Below the pieces are notes generated by a model. It did no database searches and had not been told where the DNA came from. It saw only the letters and a program-made list of their open reading frames with translations. Both the position numbers and the translations under genes were made by a program. This document shows, one piece after another, positions 22,858 to 31,847 of a stretch of 64,000 bases of DNA. The stretch comes from Planctomycetota bacterium (GTDB lineage Bacteria; Planctomycetota; B15-G4; SIAN01): NCBI GenBank assembly GCA_009691715.1, contig SIAN01000016.1:389-64388 (forward strand). Direction: 5' to 3'. Each line of letters begins with the position of its first letter. The first letter of the stretch is position 1.

Positions 22858-24495
22858 TCAGCGAGCGGCGGCGTGGCTGGCCGCCTGTCCGCCGTGTTCC
22901 TGTCCGTGGCGCAGCGCCGCAGCGATGAACTGGTCGAACAGTGGGTGGGCCGCCGTCGGCTTGCTCTTGAATTCAGGGTGGTACTGCACGGCGACGAACC
23001 ATGGGTGGTCGCGTCGCTCGATGATCTCGGCGAGGTGGAGGCTCTCGTGCTCGCCGGTGACGACCAGTCCGGCCGCCTCGAGTTGCGCCTTGTAGGCCGG
23101 ATTGAATTCGTAGCGATGGCGGTGGCGTTCCCGGATCAGCGGCGTGCCGTAGGCCTCGAGCGCGCGGCCCGGCTTGAGAGCGCACGGCTGCGAGCCGAGG
23201 CGCATGGTGCCGCCGAGGTCGACCTTCTTCTTCTGCTCGTCGAGCAGGCTGATCACCGGATGAGGCGTCTGTGGATCGACCTCGGCCGAGTTGGCGCCCT
23301 TCAGCCCGCAGAGGTTGCGCGCGGTCTCGATGACGGCGATCTGCATGCCGAAGCAGAGCCCAAAGTAGGGGATCTTGTGCTCCCGCGCGAAACGGGCGGC
23401 GGCGATCTTGCCCTCGACTCCGCGCTTGCCGAACCCGCCCGGCACCAGGATTCCGTGCACTCCCGCGAGCAGTCGTTCGGCGCCCTCGTCCTCGATCTGC
23501 TCCGATTCGATCTTGCGGAATTTCACCAGAGTGCGGTTGCGGACGCCGGCGTGAGCGAGCGACTCGTAGATCGATTTGTAGGCGTCATGGAGGCCGATGT
23601 ACTTGCCGGCGATCGCGATCTCGACCTCGTGCTGCGGGTGGCAGATGTTCTCGACCAGCTTTTCCCAGTCGGAGAGGTCGGCTTTCGTGTCGGGGAAGCC
23701 GAGCCTTCGGCAGATCGTGCCGTCGAGATCCTGGTCGCGCAGGACGAGCGGCACCTCGTAGATCGTGTGGTCGACGTCCTTCTCGACCAGCACTCCATCT
23801 TTCGGCACGTTGCAGAACAGCGAGATCTTGCGGCGCATGTCCTCGGTCGGCTCGACCTCGCAGCGGCAGATCAGGATGTCGGGCTGGATGCCGATTTCGC
23901 GCAGCTTGCCGACCGATTGCTGGGTCGGCTTGGTCTTCAGCTCGCCGGTCGCGCGCAGATACGGCAGCAATGTGAGGTGGATGTAGAGCGCGCAGTCGGG
24001 TCCCTTGTCGAGGCGGTACTGCCGGATCGCTTCCAGGAACGGCAGGCTCTCGATGTCGCCGACCGTCCCGCCGATCTCGGTGATGATCACATCGACATCG
24101 GGCGCGATCAGCTGGTCGATCGAGCGCTTGATCTCGTCGGTCACGTGCGGGATCACCTGGACCGTCTGGCCGAGGTATTCGCCCGCCCGCTCCTTGCGCA
24201 GGATCTCCTGGTAGATGCGGCCGGTCGTGAAGTTGCACGCGCGCGTCATCGGGGCGTTGCAGAAGCGCTCGTAGTGGCCGAGGTCGAGGTCGGTCTCGGT
24301 CCCGTCGTCGAGCACGTAGACCTCGCCGTGCTGGTACGGGTTCATCGTCCCCGGGTCGACGTTCAGGTAGGGATCGAGCTTCTGCATTCGGATCCGCACC
24401 CCCCGCCGCTCGAGCAGAAGTCCGATCGATGCCGCAGTGAGGCCCTTGCCGAGCGAAGACACGACGCCGCCAGTGATGAAGATGTGCTTGGTCAA
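22858..24495 (-). CDS. pyrG: CTP synthase
   Basis: TTG 24495 ([17 protein letters not shown]...) overlaps the kdsB TGA (TTGA). GATase CFGMQ. 545 aa, a typical length. Track start 24714 rejected. Confidence 0.95.
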   Translation of the reverse strand: MTKHIFITGGVVSSLGKGLTAASIGLLLERRGVRIRMQKLDPYLNVDPGTMNPYQHGEVYVLDDGTETDLDLGHYERFCNAPMTRACNFTTGRIYQEILRKERAGEYLGQTVQVIPHVTDEIKRSIDQLIAPDVDVIITEIGGTVGDIESLPFLEAIRQYRLDKGPDCALYIHLTLLPYLRATGELKTKPTQQSVGKLREIGIQPDILICRCEVEPTEDMRRKISLFCNVPKDGVLVEKDVDHTIYEVPLVLRDQDLDGTICRRLGFPDTKADLSDWEKLVENICHPQHEVEIAIAGKYIGLHDAYKSIYESLAHAGVRNRTLVKFRKIESEQIEDEGAERLLAGVHGILVPGGFGKRGVEGKIAAARFAREHKIPYFGLCFGMQIAVIETARNLCGLKGANSAEVDPQTPHPVISLLDEQKKKVDLGGTMRLGSQPCALKPGRALEAYGTPLIRERHRHRYEFNPAYKAQLEAAGLVVTGEHESLHLAEIIERRDHPWFVAVQYHPEFKSKPTAAHPLFDQFIAAALRHGQEHGGQAASHAAAR

Positions 24496-25223
24496 CGGAC
24501 ACTCCCCTGCACGAAGCGCCGGTAATCCTCCGGCGTGTCGATCCCGAGTCCATCGCGCGGCGTGATCACCACGCGGATGCGCTGCCCGTGATGGAGCCAG
24601 CGCAACTGTTCCAACTGTTCCTGCCGTTCGAGCGGCGCCACCGCCCAACCGGCCGCTTCGAGCAGCGTCTCGCGTCGGAACGCATAGATCCCGCGATGCT
24701 TCTGCGGCGTGCACTCGCTGCCGACCCGCGCGCCATGCGGCACGAGGCTGCGCGAGAAGTAGAGCGCGTGGCCGTTGCTATCGACCACAACTTTCACCGC
24801 GCTTGCGAGCGCCGCATCGGCGTCGCTGCGGAACGGCGTCGCCAGCGTCGCGATCGAGCACTCGCGGTCGTCGCGACACGCTGCCACCAGGAGGTCGAGG
24901 TCGGCGGCGTCGATCTCCGGCTCATCCCCCTGCACGTTGACGATCAGCTCCGCGTCACTCGCCACGCCGCGCGCAACCTCGGCGACGCGGTCGGTGCCGC
25001 TTGGATGGTCGGGCGATGTCATCACGACCTCGCCGCCGAACGAGCGCACTGCGTCGGCGATGCGCGGATGGTCGGTGGCGACGATGACGCGTGCGATCGA
25101 GCGCGCCGCGCGCACCCGTTCCCAGACGTGCTGGACCAAGTACTTGCCCGTCTCGCGCAGGAGCGCCTTCTCCGGAAGCCGCGTGGATCCGAGTCGCGAC
25201 GGAATGACAGCGACGGCGCTCAA
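24492..25223 (-). CDS. kdsB: 3-deoxy-manno-octulosonate cytidylyltransferase (CMP-Kdo synthetase)
   Basis: [18 protein letters not shown].., ..NVQGDEP... TTG start overlaps the upstream TGA. Confidence 0.9.
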   Translation of the reverse strand: MSAVAVIPSRLGSTRLPEKALLRETGKYLVQHVWERVRAARSIARVIVATDHPRIADAVRSFGGEVVMTSPDHPSGTDRVAEVARGVASDAELIVNVQGDEPEIDAADLDLLVAACRDDRECSIATLATPFRSDADAALASAVKVVVDSNGHALYFSRSLVPHGARVGSECTPQKHRGIYAFRRETLLEAAGWAVAPLERQEQLEQLRWLHHGQRIRVVITPRDGLGIDTPEDYRRFVQGSVR

Positions 25224-25837
25224 GGCGATCTACCTGCCCCGCGACGTCTGCGATCGGCATCGAAGAGGCGCTGCTGCAGTTGATAGAAGTGCGTTGCGCT
25301 CTTCGCCGAGCCTTCGAGCCGGAAGTCGACCACTTCGTTGAACATCGCCTGCACCGCATGAGCTTGGAGGTTGAAGCAGTCGGAGGCGTCCTTCGCCGGA
25401 CCTCGCGGCAGCGTGAAGGCGCGCCGCTCACCGTCGGCGGTCACGACCAGCCGGCGAAGCACGTACGACGCATTGGCTGGTTTGAACTCGACCAGTGGCT
25501 GCGAGCTCGCCAGGAAGCCCCGCTTCACCAGCTCGGCGATCAGCACGGTCATGCGCGCCGCCGGGATTCGCTTGATGCCGCCTCGACGCAGCTCCGCGTC
25601 ATCGGCCGCGGCGGACGGATGCTCGTCGCCGACCAGCCCGATGACGCGCGGCGGATCGTGAGACAGGCTTTCGAGGCTGACGACCGCGGAGCCGGGATCC
25701 GGGATCCCCTTGCTCCAGTCGGCGCGCGATTCAGGCGAGCCCCCAGAACCGGCACAGCCGGTGAGGAGGAGCGCCGTCGCTACTGCCTGCACGAGCTGCG
25801 CAATCGCGCGTGCGGGAGTGGAGGTGGGCGATCGCAT
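25220..25837 (-). CDS. Hypothetical lipoprotein
   Basis: ATG 25837. Lipobox LLLTGC. 205 aa. First gene of the long minus-strand string. Confidence 0.7.
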   Translation of the reverse strand: MRSPTSTPARAIAQLVQAVATALLLTGCAGSGGSPESRADWSKGIPDPGSAVVSLESLSHDPPRVIGLVGDEHPSAAADDAELRRGGIKRIPAARMTVLIAELVKRGFLASSQPLVEFKPANASYVLRRLVVTADGERRAFTLPRGPAKDASDCFNLQAHAVQAMFNEVVDFRLEGSAKSATHFYQLQQRLFDADRRRRGAGRSP

Positions 25838-25924
25838 CGCGTCAAGTTAGCGAGCGCCGCGAGGTCAGGAAGAGGCGCCCGCGTCGGTGGCGGCTGGTTC
25901 CTCCGGCTGCTAACGTCCGCGGGC

Positions 25925-26500
25925 ATGCCAGCGTCGAAGAAGCCGACCCTGCGGCGAATGGTCGTCTACCTCTCAGCGGTCGTGCTGTTCGTCGTCGCGC
26001 ACCCGACGCGCCCGCTCTTCTACGTTGGCTGCGGCCTCGCCCTGGCAGGGGAGTTCCTGCGGATCTGGGCGTTCGGCCACCTGCGCAAGAACCAGGCGGT
26101 GATCCAGAGCGGCCCCTATCGGCACGTGAAGAACCCGGCCTATCTCGGGACCTTTCTGATCATGGTGGGTGTCTTCCTCTGCGCCAGCGACGGGGCGCCC
26201 GGCACCCCCAGCCGCTACCTCCTGATCGTGATGCTGCCGCTCGCGCTCGGCGTCTTCTTCTTCTACTACCTCCCGCACAAGTTCCGGGTGGAGGGCGGGC
26301 GCCTGCGCCGCCGCTTCGGCTCGACCTGGGACGAGTACGACCGGCGGGTGCCTGACTTCATCCCGAGCCCGTGGCCGCGGGTCGCCGCCGACGGACGCTG
26401 GGACGCGGCGCTGGTCCGCGAGAACAGCGAAGTGAGTGCCGCCATGCTGGTCGTCGCGAGCCTCGTGCTGCTCGGGAGCAAGCTCCTTTTCCTGAGGTGA
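25925..26500 (+). CDS. Isoprenylcysteine carboxyl methyltransferase (ICMT)/phospholipid methyltransferase family membrane protein
   Basis: Multi-TM. ..GPYRHVKNPAYLG.. and ..EGGRLRRRFGSTWDEY.. motifs. Track start 25280 rejected (antisense to the lipoprotein gene). Confidence 0.75.
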   Translation: MPASKKPTLRRMVVYLSAVVLFVVAHPTRPLFYVGCGLALAGEFLRIWAFGHLRKNQAVIQSGPYRHVKNPAYLGTFLIMVGVFLCASDGAPGTPSRYLLIVMLPLALGVFFFYYLPHKFRVEGGRLRRRFGSTWDEYDRRVPDFIPSPWPRVAADGRWDAALVRENSEVSAAMLVVASLVLLGSKLLFLR

Positions 26501-26510
26501 GCGCCGCAGC

Positions 26511-27236
26511 GTGGTAGCGAACGCCGACTCGCCGACAGCTGCCTCGGACCCACACCCGACCCGCGATGCCATTGGCCGCTCTCCGCAGCGGCTGCTCCAC
26601 CCGGGCAGCGCGACCAAGGCGGCGATCGTCGTGGTCGAGGGGCCGGAAGGTCCGCGCCTCATGAAAGACGTCTCGGTGATGCACCCGCTTGTCCGGGCGA
26701 TCTACGGGCGGCGTGTCCTCCGCCGGGAGGAACGCGCGCTAACAGCACTGGACGGGATGGAGGGGGTGCCAAAGCTCTATGGGCGAATTGACGGTGACGC
26801 GTTGCTGATGGAGTTCATCACTGCCGAGACCCTGCGCCGCCAGTTCGACAAGTCGCGCCTGACCAAGGCGTGCGTCGCGCTGGCCGATCGGGTGGCGTCA
26901 TTGCACGGACGCGGCGTCGTCCACCTCGACTTGCGCCAGAAGCGCAACGTGCTGGTCGACGCCGAGGGTGGCGTCGTCATCATCGACTTCCAGTCGGCGC
27001 TGGTGCTCGGCCATTCGGGTTGGCGTGGACTCCTGCTGCGATTGCTTGCGCCACTCGATCGGATGGCGGTCCTCAAGCACCGGGCTCGCTACGTCCCCGA
27101 AAGTCTCGACGCCAACGACCAGAAGCGCGCGCGGCGCCTGCACCGACTCGGCCAGCTCTGGTTCTTTCACCGACTCGGGCCGCTGCTGCGCGCATTGTTT
27201 GGTGGTTCGCGCAGACGATCGCAGCGCTCGCCTTGA
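26511..27236 (+). CDS. Lipopolysaccharide (Kdo/WaaP)-type or RIO-like small kinase
   Basis: Kinase-like core: ..LMKDVS.., HGRGVVHLDLRQKRNVLVD, VVIIDFQSA. Confidence 0.65.
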   Translation: MVANADSPTAASDPHPTRDAIGRSPQRLLHPGSATKAAIVVVEGPEGPRLMKDVSVMHPLVRAIYGRRVLRREERALTALDGMEGVPKLYGRIDGDALLMEFITAETLRRQFDKSRLTKACVALADRVASLHGRGVVHLDLRQKRNVLVDAEGGVVIIDFQSALVLGHSGWRGLLLRLLAPLDRMAVLKHRARYVPESLDANDQKRARRLHRLGQLWFFHRLGPLLRALFGGSRRRSQRSP

Positions 27237-27474
27237 CTGACCTTCAACGCGGAATAACATCCCGCGCGGTCGCGATGCTCCGGGTCGGAGCATTGCGCGG
27301 GACTTCTGAATCGAGATTCGATCAACGCGAATGCAGGTGCGAGGTTTGGCGGCCTCGCGCTTCCGCGTGTCGGAGGGGCAATCGACTGCTTCGGACCGAT
27401 GCTTTCGGCTGAACTGCACCGAACGGGACAGTTCAATGCTGGAGCAGGCCGCGGTTGTCGTGCAGGGAGGGGCG

Positions 27475-28668
27475 ATGCGGACCATTGGAAGCATCGAGCG
27501 GATCTTGGTTGGTGGCATTGTGGTCGTGATCGGCGCGATCTTGACGGTCGCGATCAAGGGCGCGGGTGACTTCGACGCCGCGCAGCGCGAAAAGGCGGTT
27601 CATCGCGACAAGTCGGCGTCGCTTGCCGGAACGCCGAAAGGTGGCGGCAAGCTCGGCGACAGCAAGACCGACGACCGCAAGACCGACGACCGCAAGACCG
27701 ACGACCGCAAGACCGACGCGAAGAAGGACGCACTCGCGAAGAGTGGTGATCCGCGCGGGGCGGCTGGAAGCGTGGCGGGTGGGATTCCACCGCAGAAGTC
27801 GGCGGCGAACGCGCCGGCGAACCCGGCGGCAACTCCGCTGACGAATCCTTCGACGAATCCTGGGTCGGACGGCGGCACGCTGCTGCGTCACGATTCCGCG
27901 GTCGAGCCTAACGACAGCCGCGAACGCGAGTTGGCGAAGGGCGACGTGGTGGCCGTCGGTGATCAGCGCGGCACCGGACCGAAGGAAGTGAACACCGGCA
28001 ATCCGCTCATCGACGGAATCCTGACCAAGCAGCTCGAGGCGGCCGGCGAACGGACTGGTGGCCAGCCGTCCGCAAATGGTGACAAGTCGGCCGACAAGGC
28101 CGACGTGTCCGACGCTCCCGTCGTCCTCGACGAAGACGGTTCCGGTCGCGACCCGAGCAAGCCCGCTGCCCCGGAGCCTGAAGGTACACCCGAGTACGGC
28201 TACGAAGTGCGCAGCGGCGACACTCTCGAGCGGATCGCCCGCGCGCTCTACGGCGACGGCGGAGAGTTCGTCGGGATCATGGCGGCGAACCCGGCTCTCG
28301 CCGACAAGAACACGATCCGCACCGGTCAGGTCCTGAAGCTGCACAAGGCGCCGACGCAAGGGCTCGATCTCGTTTCGCACGCAGCGTCTGCCGCCGCTTC
28401 TGGCAGCGGATCTCTCGCGGGAAAGACCGCGCCGGGTCCGACGTCGAACACGACTCTCGTCGCGCCTCAGAAGCCGACAAGCGGCTTCGCCCGCATCGGG
28501 ACGGCGACCGAGCATGTCATCGCCAAGGGCGACACGCTGATGAGCATTGCGCTCGAGCACTACGGAACGAAAGCGGCGTGGAAGCTCATCTACGAAACGA
28601 ACGCCGTCATCATTTCGGACAAGGACCGGATCAAGGCCGGCCTGACGCTCAAGTTGCCGGCTCGTTGA
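27475..28668 (+). CDS. Membrane-anchored protein with long disordered region and two C-terminal LysM domains
   Basis: GGAGG lies before ATG 27475 (alternative ATG 27436). TM ILVGGIVVVIGAILTVAI. DDRKT x3.7 repeat. LysM: YEVRSGDTLERIARALY.. and HVIAKGDTLMSIALEHY... Confidence 0.85.
   Translation: MRTIGSIERILVGGIVVVIGAILTVAIKGAGDFDAAQREKAVHRDKSASLAGTPKGGGKLGDSKTDDRKTDDRKTDDRKTDAKKDALAKSGDPRGAAGSVAGGIPPQKSAANAPANPAATPLTNPSTNPGSDGGTLLRHDSAVEPNDSRERELAKGDVVAVGDQRGTGPKEVNTGNPLIDGILTKQLEAAGERTGGQPSANGDKSADKADVSDAPVVLDEDGSGRDPSKPAAPEPEGTPEYGYEVRSGDTLERIARALYGDGGEFVGIMAANPALADKNTIRTGQVLKLHKAPTQGLDLVSHAASAAASGSGSLAGKTAPGPTSNTTLVAPQKPTSGFARIGTATEHVIAKGDTLMSIALEHYGTKAAWKLIYETNAVIISDKDRIKAGLTLKLPAR
27664..27718 (+). 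repeat. 15-nt in-frame tandem repeat (aagaccgacgaccgc, about 3.7 copies; KTDDR)
   Basis: Read directly. Confidence 0.95.
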
Positions 28669-28693
28669 GTCCACGCGGCGGCCTCAACGTCCC

Positions 28694-28775
28694 GCTGTCC
28701 GTCGGAGCGCTGTCCGTCGGAGCGCTGTCCGTCGGAGCGCTGTCCGTCGGAGCGCTGTCCGTCGGAGCGCTGTCG
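28694..28775. repeat. Intergenic 15-nt perfect tandem repeat (gctgtccgtcggagc, about 5.4 copies)
   Basis: Read directly. Each unit contains tccgNcgga, and agcgct spans each unit junction. Confidence 0.95.
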
Positions 28776-28947
28776 GTTTGAATGCGCTCCGACCGAAGCG
28801 CGGCCGCCTCACCTCGCCTTTTGATCCGGCGGCGGCGGGAGCGCTCTCGGGCTAAGCAGAAGAGCGCGAGTAGCAGTTGAACGACGACGACGAGTCTCAT
28901 TGCCCCAGAGACGACGATCGTCGCGCTCGGTGACCGGTCGCGTGGCT

Positions 28948-29035
28948 TGGTGGGAGAGCCGCTTGGCGGGAAAGCCGTGTTGCGGGAACGCCGGCTGGTG
29001 GAATGGCCGTCGGGTGGGAAAGCCGTCGCGGCGAG
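28948..29035. repeat. Two imperfect direct repeats of about 45 nt each (tggtggGAGAgccg...gggaaagccgt / tggtggAATGgccg...gggaaagccgt)
   Basis: Aligned by eye. Boundaries approximate. Confidence 0.6.
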
Positions 29036-29038
29036 AGT

Positions 29039-29090
29039 GTTCGTCGAGACTCAGTTTCGTCGAGACCCAGTTTCGTCGAGACTCAGTTCA
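29039..29090. repeat. 16-nt tandem repeat (gtttcgtcgagacYca, about 3 copies) abutting or overlapping the stop of the 29083..29601 gene
   Basis: Read directly. Confidence 0.9.
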
Positions 29091-29601
29091 GCGGCGATCC
29101 GGTGATCAGTTGCAGCGTGACGCCGTCGGACTCGAGGATGCTGTCGGAGTGACGGGACACGGCGGCGATCGCGCTCTCAAGCAGCTCCGCGGCGGCGCCA
29201 GGCGCCGCCCGCTCACGTCGAGCGACCAGGATCAGGTCGGCCATCCGCGCCTGGAGCACGGACACCAACGACAAGATCTCGGCGGCGCGCTCGATCGGGT
29301 CGTCGGGGAAGCGCTGGACTACGCGCGCGGCCCAGATTTCGAGACCATCGACGATCACACATTCGCAGTGGCCGGCCAACTGCGCGATGGCGGAGCCGAT
29401 GAAGACCGGCTCGTCGAGCGCGCTGGTCGCCGCGCCGGCGTAATCGCGGTCGGCCTCGATCCGCCCACCGGAGATCTTCTCGCGTCGCAATTCGATGTCG
29501 GTGGCGACCAGTCCGATCTCGCCGCCGCAGGCCTTCGCGACCTGCGCGACCGACGCGAGCGGACCCAAGGTGCGCGCTAGCACGAGGACGTTGCGAGCCA
29601 T
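29083..29601 (-). CDS. Hypothetical protein (layout reminiscent of CobU/CobP but without a P-loop)
   Basis: ORF track 172 aa, good GC3. ..ECVIVDGLEIWAARVV.. and the C-terminal ..GVTLQLITG resemble CobU. The position of GxxxxGKS reads ARTLGPLAS. Confidence 0.55.
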   Translation of the reverse strand: MARNVLVLARTLGPLASVAQVAKACGGEIGLVATDIELRREKISGGRIEADRDYAGAATSALDEPVFIGSAIAQLAGHCECVIVDGLEIWAARVVQRFPDDPIERAAEILSLVSVLQARMADLILVARRERAAPGAAAELLESAIAAVSRHSDSILESDGVTLQLITGSPLN

Positions 29602-29681
29602 GATGGGCCTTCGGGAGAGGGCGTTTCGTAGCGGCGTGAGACGGAGCGGAGCATTGTACGGGTCGTCTGGAGCGGTCGGGA

Positions 29682-30638
29682 GTGAGTAAGCCGGCGATCT
29701 CCGTCCTGCTGCCAGTGCGAGACGCGGGGCGGTACCTCGCTACGGCCGTCGGCGATGCGCTCGCGCAGACCGATGTGGTGCTCGAACTGATCGCGGTCGA
29801 TGACGGTTCGCGCGACGGCTCGCGGCAACGCCTCGAAGCGATGGCGAAGAGCGACTCGAGGCTCAAGGTGGTCGCCAACGCGGGGGTTGGCCCGGCGCGG
29901 GCGCTCGATCTCGCGCTCAAGACGGCGCGCCACGACTGGATCGCGCAGATGGAAGCGGACGACCGCTGCCCGCCCGACCGATTGGCGCGGCTCGCCGCGG
30001 CGCTCGCGCAGCAGCCCGCTTGGGGCGGCGTCGTCAGTCGCGCGGCTCCATTCGGCTTCCGCAGCGACGGGATGCGGCGCTACCTCGATTGGCAGAACGG
30101 TCTCACAACACCTGAGGCGATGGCAAACTCGCGCTTCGTCGAGATTCCGGCGTTGCATCAGTCCGGTCTCTACCGGCGCGCCGCCCTGATCGCGGCGGGC
30201 GGCTTCATCGGCGATCCGCGTTGGCCGCTCGACATCGATTTCTGGATGCGGTGGCACGAGCGCGGGCTCGTCGTCGGCAAGGTTGCGCGCGTGCTCTACC
30301 GCTGGCGCCAGCACGCGCTGCAGTCGACGCGCACGAGCCCGCTCCATCGTCTCGAGGCGTTGCGGTGGTGCAAGGCGCACTACTTCGCGCGCGGACCGGG
30401 CCGTGACCGGCCGCTGGATCTCCTGTCCGTCGGTGCGACGCTCGAGAGATTCGCTGCAGCTCTGCAAGCCGAGGGGCAATCCGGGCTCGTCGCGCACGAG
30501 TGGCGCCCAGGACGGCCGCTGCCGCCTCGCCGAGAGGGCGCGCGCCGCCTGTTTGCGTTCGGTACCGAAGTGGCGCGCGCACGGGTGCTGGCGATGACTG
30601 GGGCATTCGATCCGGCATGCGACTGGTTCGCTGCATGA
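29682..30638 (+). CDS. Family 2 glycosyltransferase
   Basis: ISVLLPVRDAGRYLATAV...LIAVDDGSRDGS... is a GT2 N-terminal signature. GTG start. Confidence 0.85.
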   Translation: MSKPAISVLLPVRDAGRYLATAVGDALAQTDVVLELIAVDDGSRDGSRQRLEAMAKSDSRLKVVANAGVGPARALDLALKTARHDWIAQMEADDRCPPDRLARLAAALAQQPAWGGVVSRAAPFGFRSDGMRRYLDWQNGLTTPEAMANSRFVEIPALHQSGLYRRAALIAAGGFIGDPRWPLDIDFWMRWHERGLVVGKVARVLYRWRQHALQSTRTSPLHRLEALRWCKAHYFARGPGRDRPLDLLSVGATLERFAAALQAEGQSGLVAHEWRPGRPLPPRREGARRLFAFGTEVARARVLAMTGAFDPACDWFAA

Positions 30639-30803
30639 GCGCTGCGAGCTTGGTGGGGTCGCGTGACGGCGAGTGTCGGATGCTGGCGCGCGCGCATCGC
30701 TCGACCTCGCCGCCGCACCGGAGCGAATCGGCTTTGGCATCGTGCGCCATCCGCGGCCATACGCTGTTTCGTGCCCGCGCCACGAGGTGGTCGAACTGTG
30801 GTG

Positions 30804-31676
30804 CTACGAACCTGCGCGCGGTCGACTCGAACGGGTGCGCGGCCTCAACCTGACCCGCGCCCGTGGTGACGACGACGCCACCGGGAGTTTTGGTCCGCCG
30901 CCGTGAGCGGTCAGCGCCTCGGGCGCATGGAGCCGCAGCCAGGCGAGTGCACGATTGACCGCAGCGACGATGTGGGGGTAGCCAGGTCGGGTGCCGCGAC
31001 GAGGCGCGAGCCGGCGCAGCATCGCCACCGGAAGCGCGACGAATCGCGCGACAAGTTGCGGATCAAAGTGGCCGGCGGCGCCGGATCGGAGCATGGCGAT
31101 GCTCTTGTGATGAGAGACTGGTTCCTTGTAGGGCCGTCGGCTGCGCAGCGCGTCGTAGACATCGACGATTGCGAACAGACGTGCGGCGAGCGGGATCCGG
31201 CGCTTCTTCAGTCCACGCGGATAGCCGCTGCCATCCCATCGCTCATGGTGCGCCCAAGGGATCGCGGTGACGCCGCGAAGCGACAGCGTGCGCGCCAGCA
31301 GCCTGCGGCCTGCGTCCGGATGGGTGCGCATCACAGCCCACTCACGTCGATCAAGGCGCCCGCGCTTCAGGAGGATCGGGTCGGGGATCGCGATCTTTCC
31401 GACATCGTGGAGCAGCGCGCCGGCGTACACCGCAGCCCGCTGCGCCATCGGCACGTCGCAGACCGCCGCGAACAGCAGCGTCCAGGCCGCGACGCGGTGG
31501 GAATGCCCTGCCGTCTCGTGTTCGCGCAGATCGAGTGCATCGACGAGCGCACGAAGCAACTCGTCGCGCCCGTGGGGGGGGCGGTCCGGAAAGAGCGCGA
31601 CCGACGATGCCAGACGGGGGGTGTCAGGTTCAGACGCCAGTGCCGGAACTCCCAAAAACGGTGGTGCGTGCTTCAT
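30804..31676 (-). CDS. HD-GYP domain phosphodiesterase
   Basis: ATG 31676 (MKHAPP..). HSHRVA..., LLHDVGKIAIPD, HHERWDGSGYPRGL. Track start 32204 rejected. Confidence 0.88.
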   Translation of the reverse strand: MKHAPPFLGVPALASEPDTPRLASSVALFPDRPPHGRDELLRALVDALDLREHETAGHSHRVAAWTLLFAAVCDVPMAQRAAVYAGALLHDVGKIAIPDPILLKRGRLDRREWAVMRTHPDAGRRLLARTLSLRGVTAIPWAHHERWDGSGYPRGLKKRRIPLAARLFAIVDVYDALRSRRPYKEPVSHHKSIAMLRSGAAGHFDPQLVARFVALPVAMLRRLAPRRGTRPGYPHIVAAVNRALAWLRLHAPEALTAHGGGPKLPVASSSPRARVRLRPRTRSSRPRAGS

Positions 31677-31847
31677 CGTCGGCGGGACAAACCAGCCTTG
31701 AACTCGCGAAAACGCGCGTTCCGACGGCACGGGGCGCCCGTTACGATGCGGCGGCGGCGGATGAGGCGGGCGGACGCTTCCAGTGCAGTTTGCGCGGTCC
31801 CGCGACGCGGTGGAAGCGTGGTCGCGCTCCCTGCGGCAGGAGGGGCG

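Noticed and set aside
28694-28775. Could the 15-mer array (and the 16-mer array at 57019-57114) be CRISPR arrays?
   Set aside because: The units are directly adjacent with no spacers, are only 15-16 nt long, and no cas genes are present.
28578-28781. Plus-strand 67-aa ORF translating the 15-mer array as (ALSVG)n
   Set aside because: It starts inside the LysM gene in another frame and has no start context. It is just the repeat translated.
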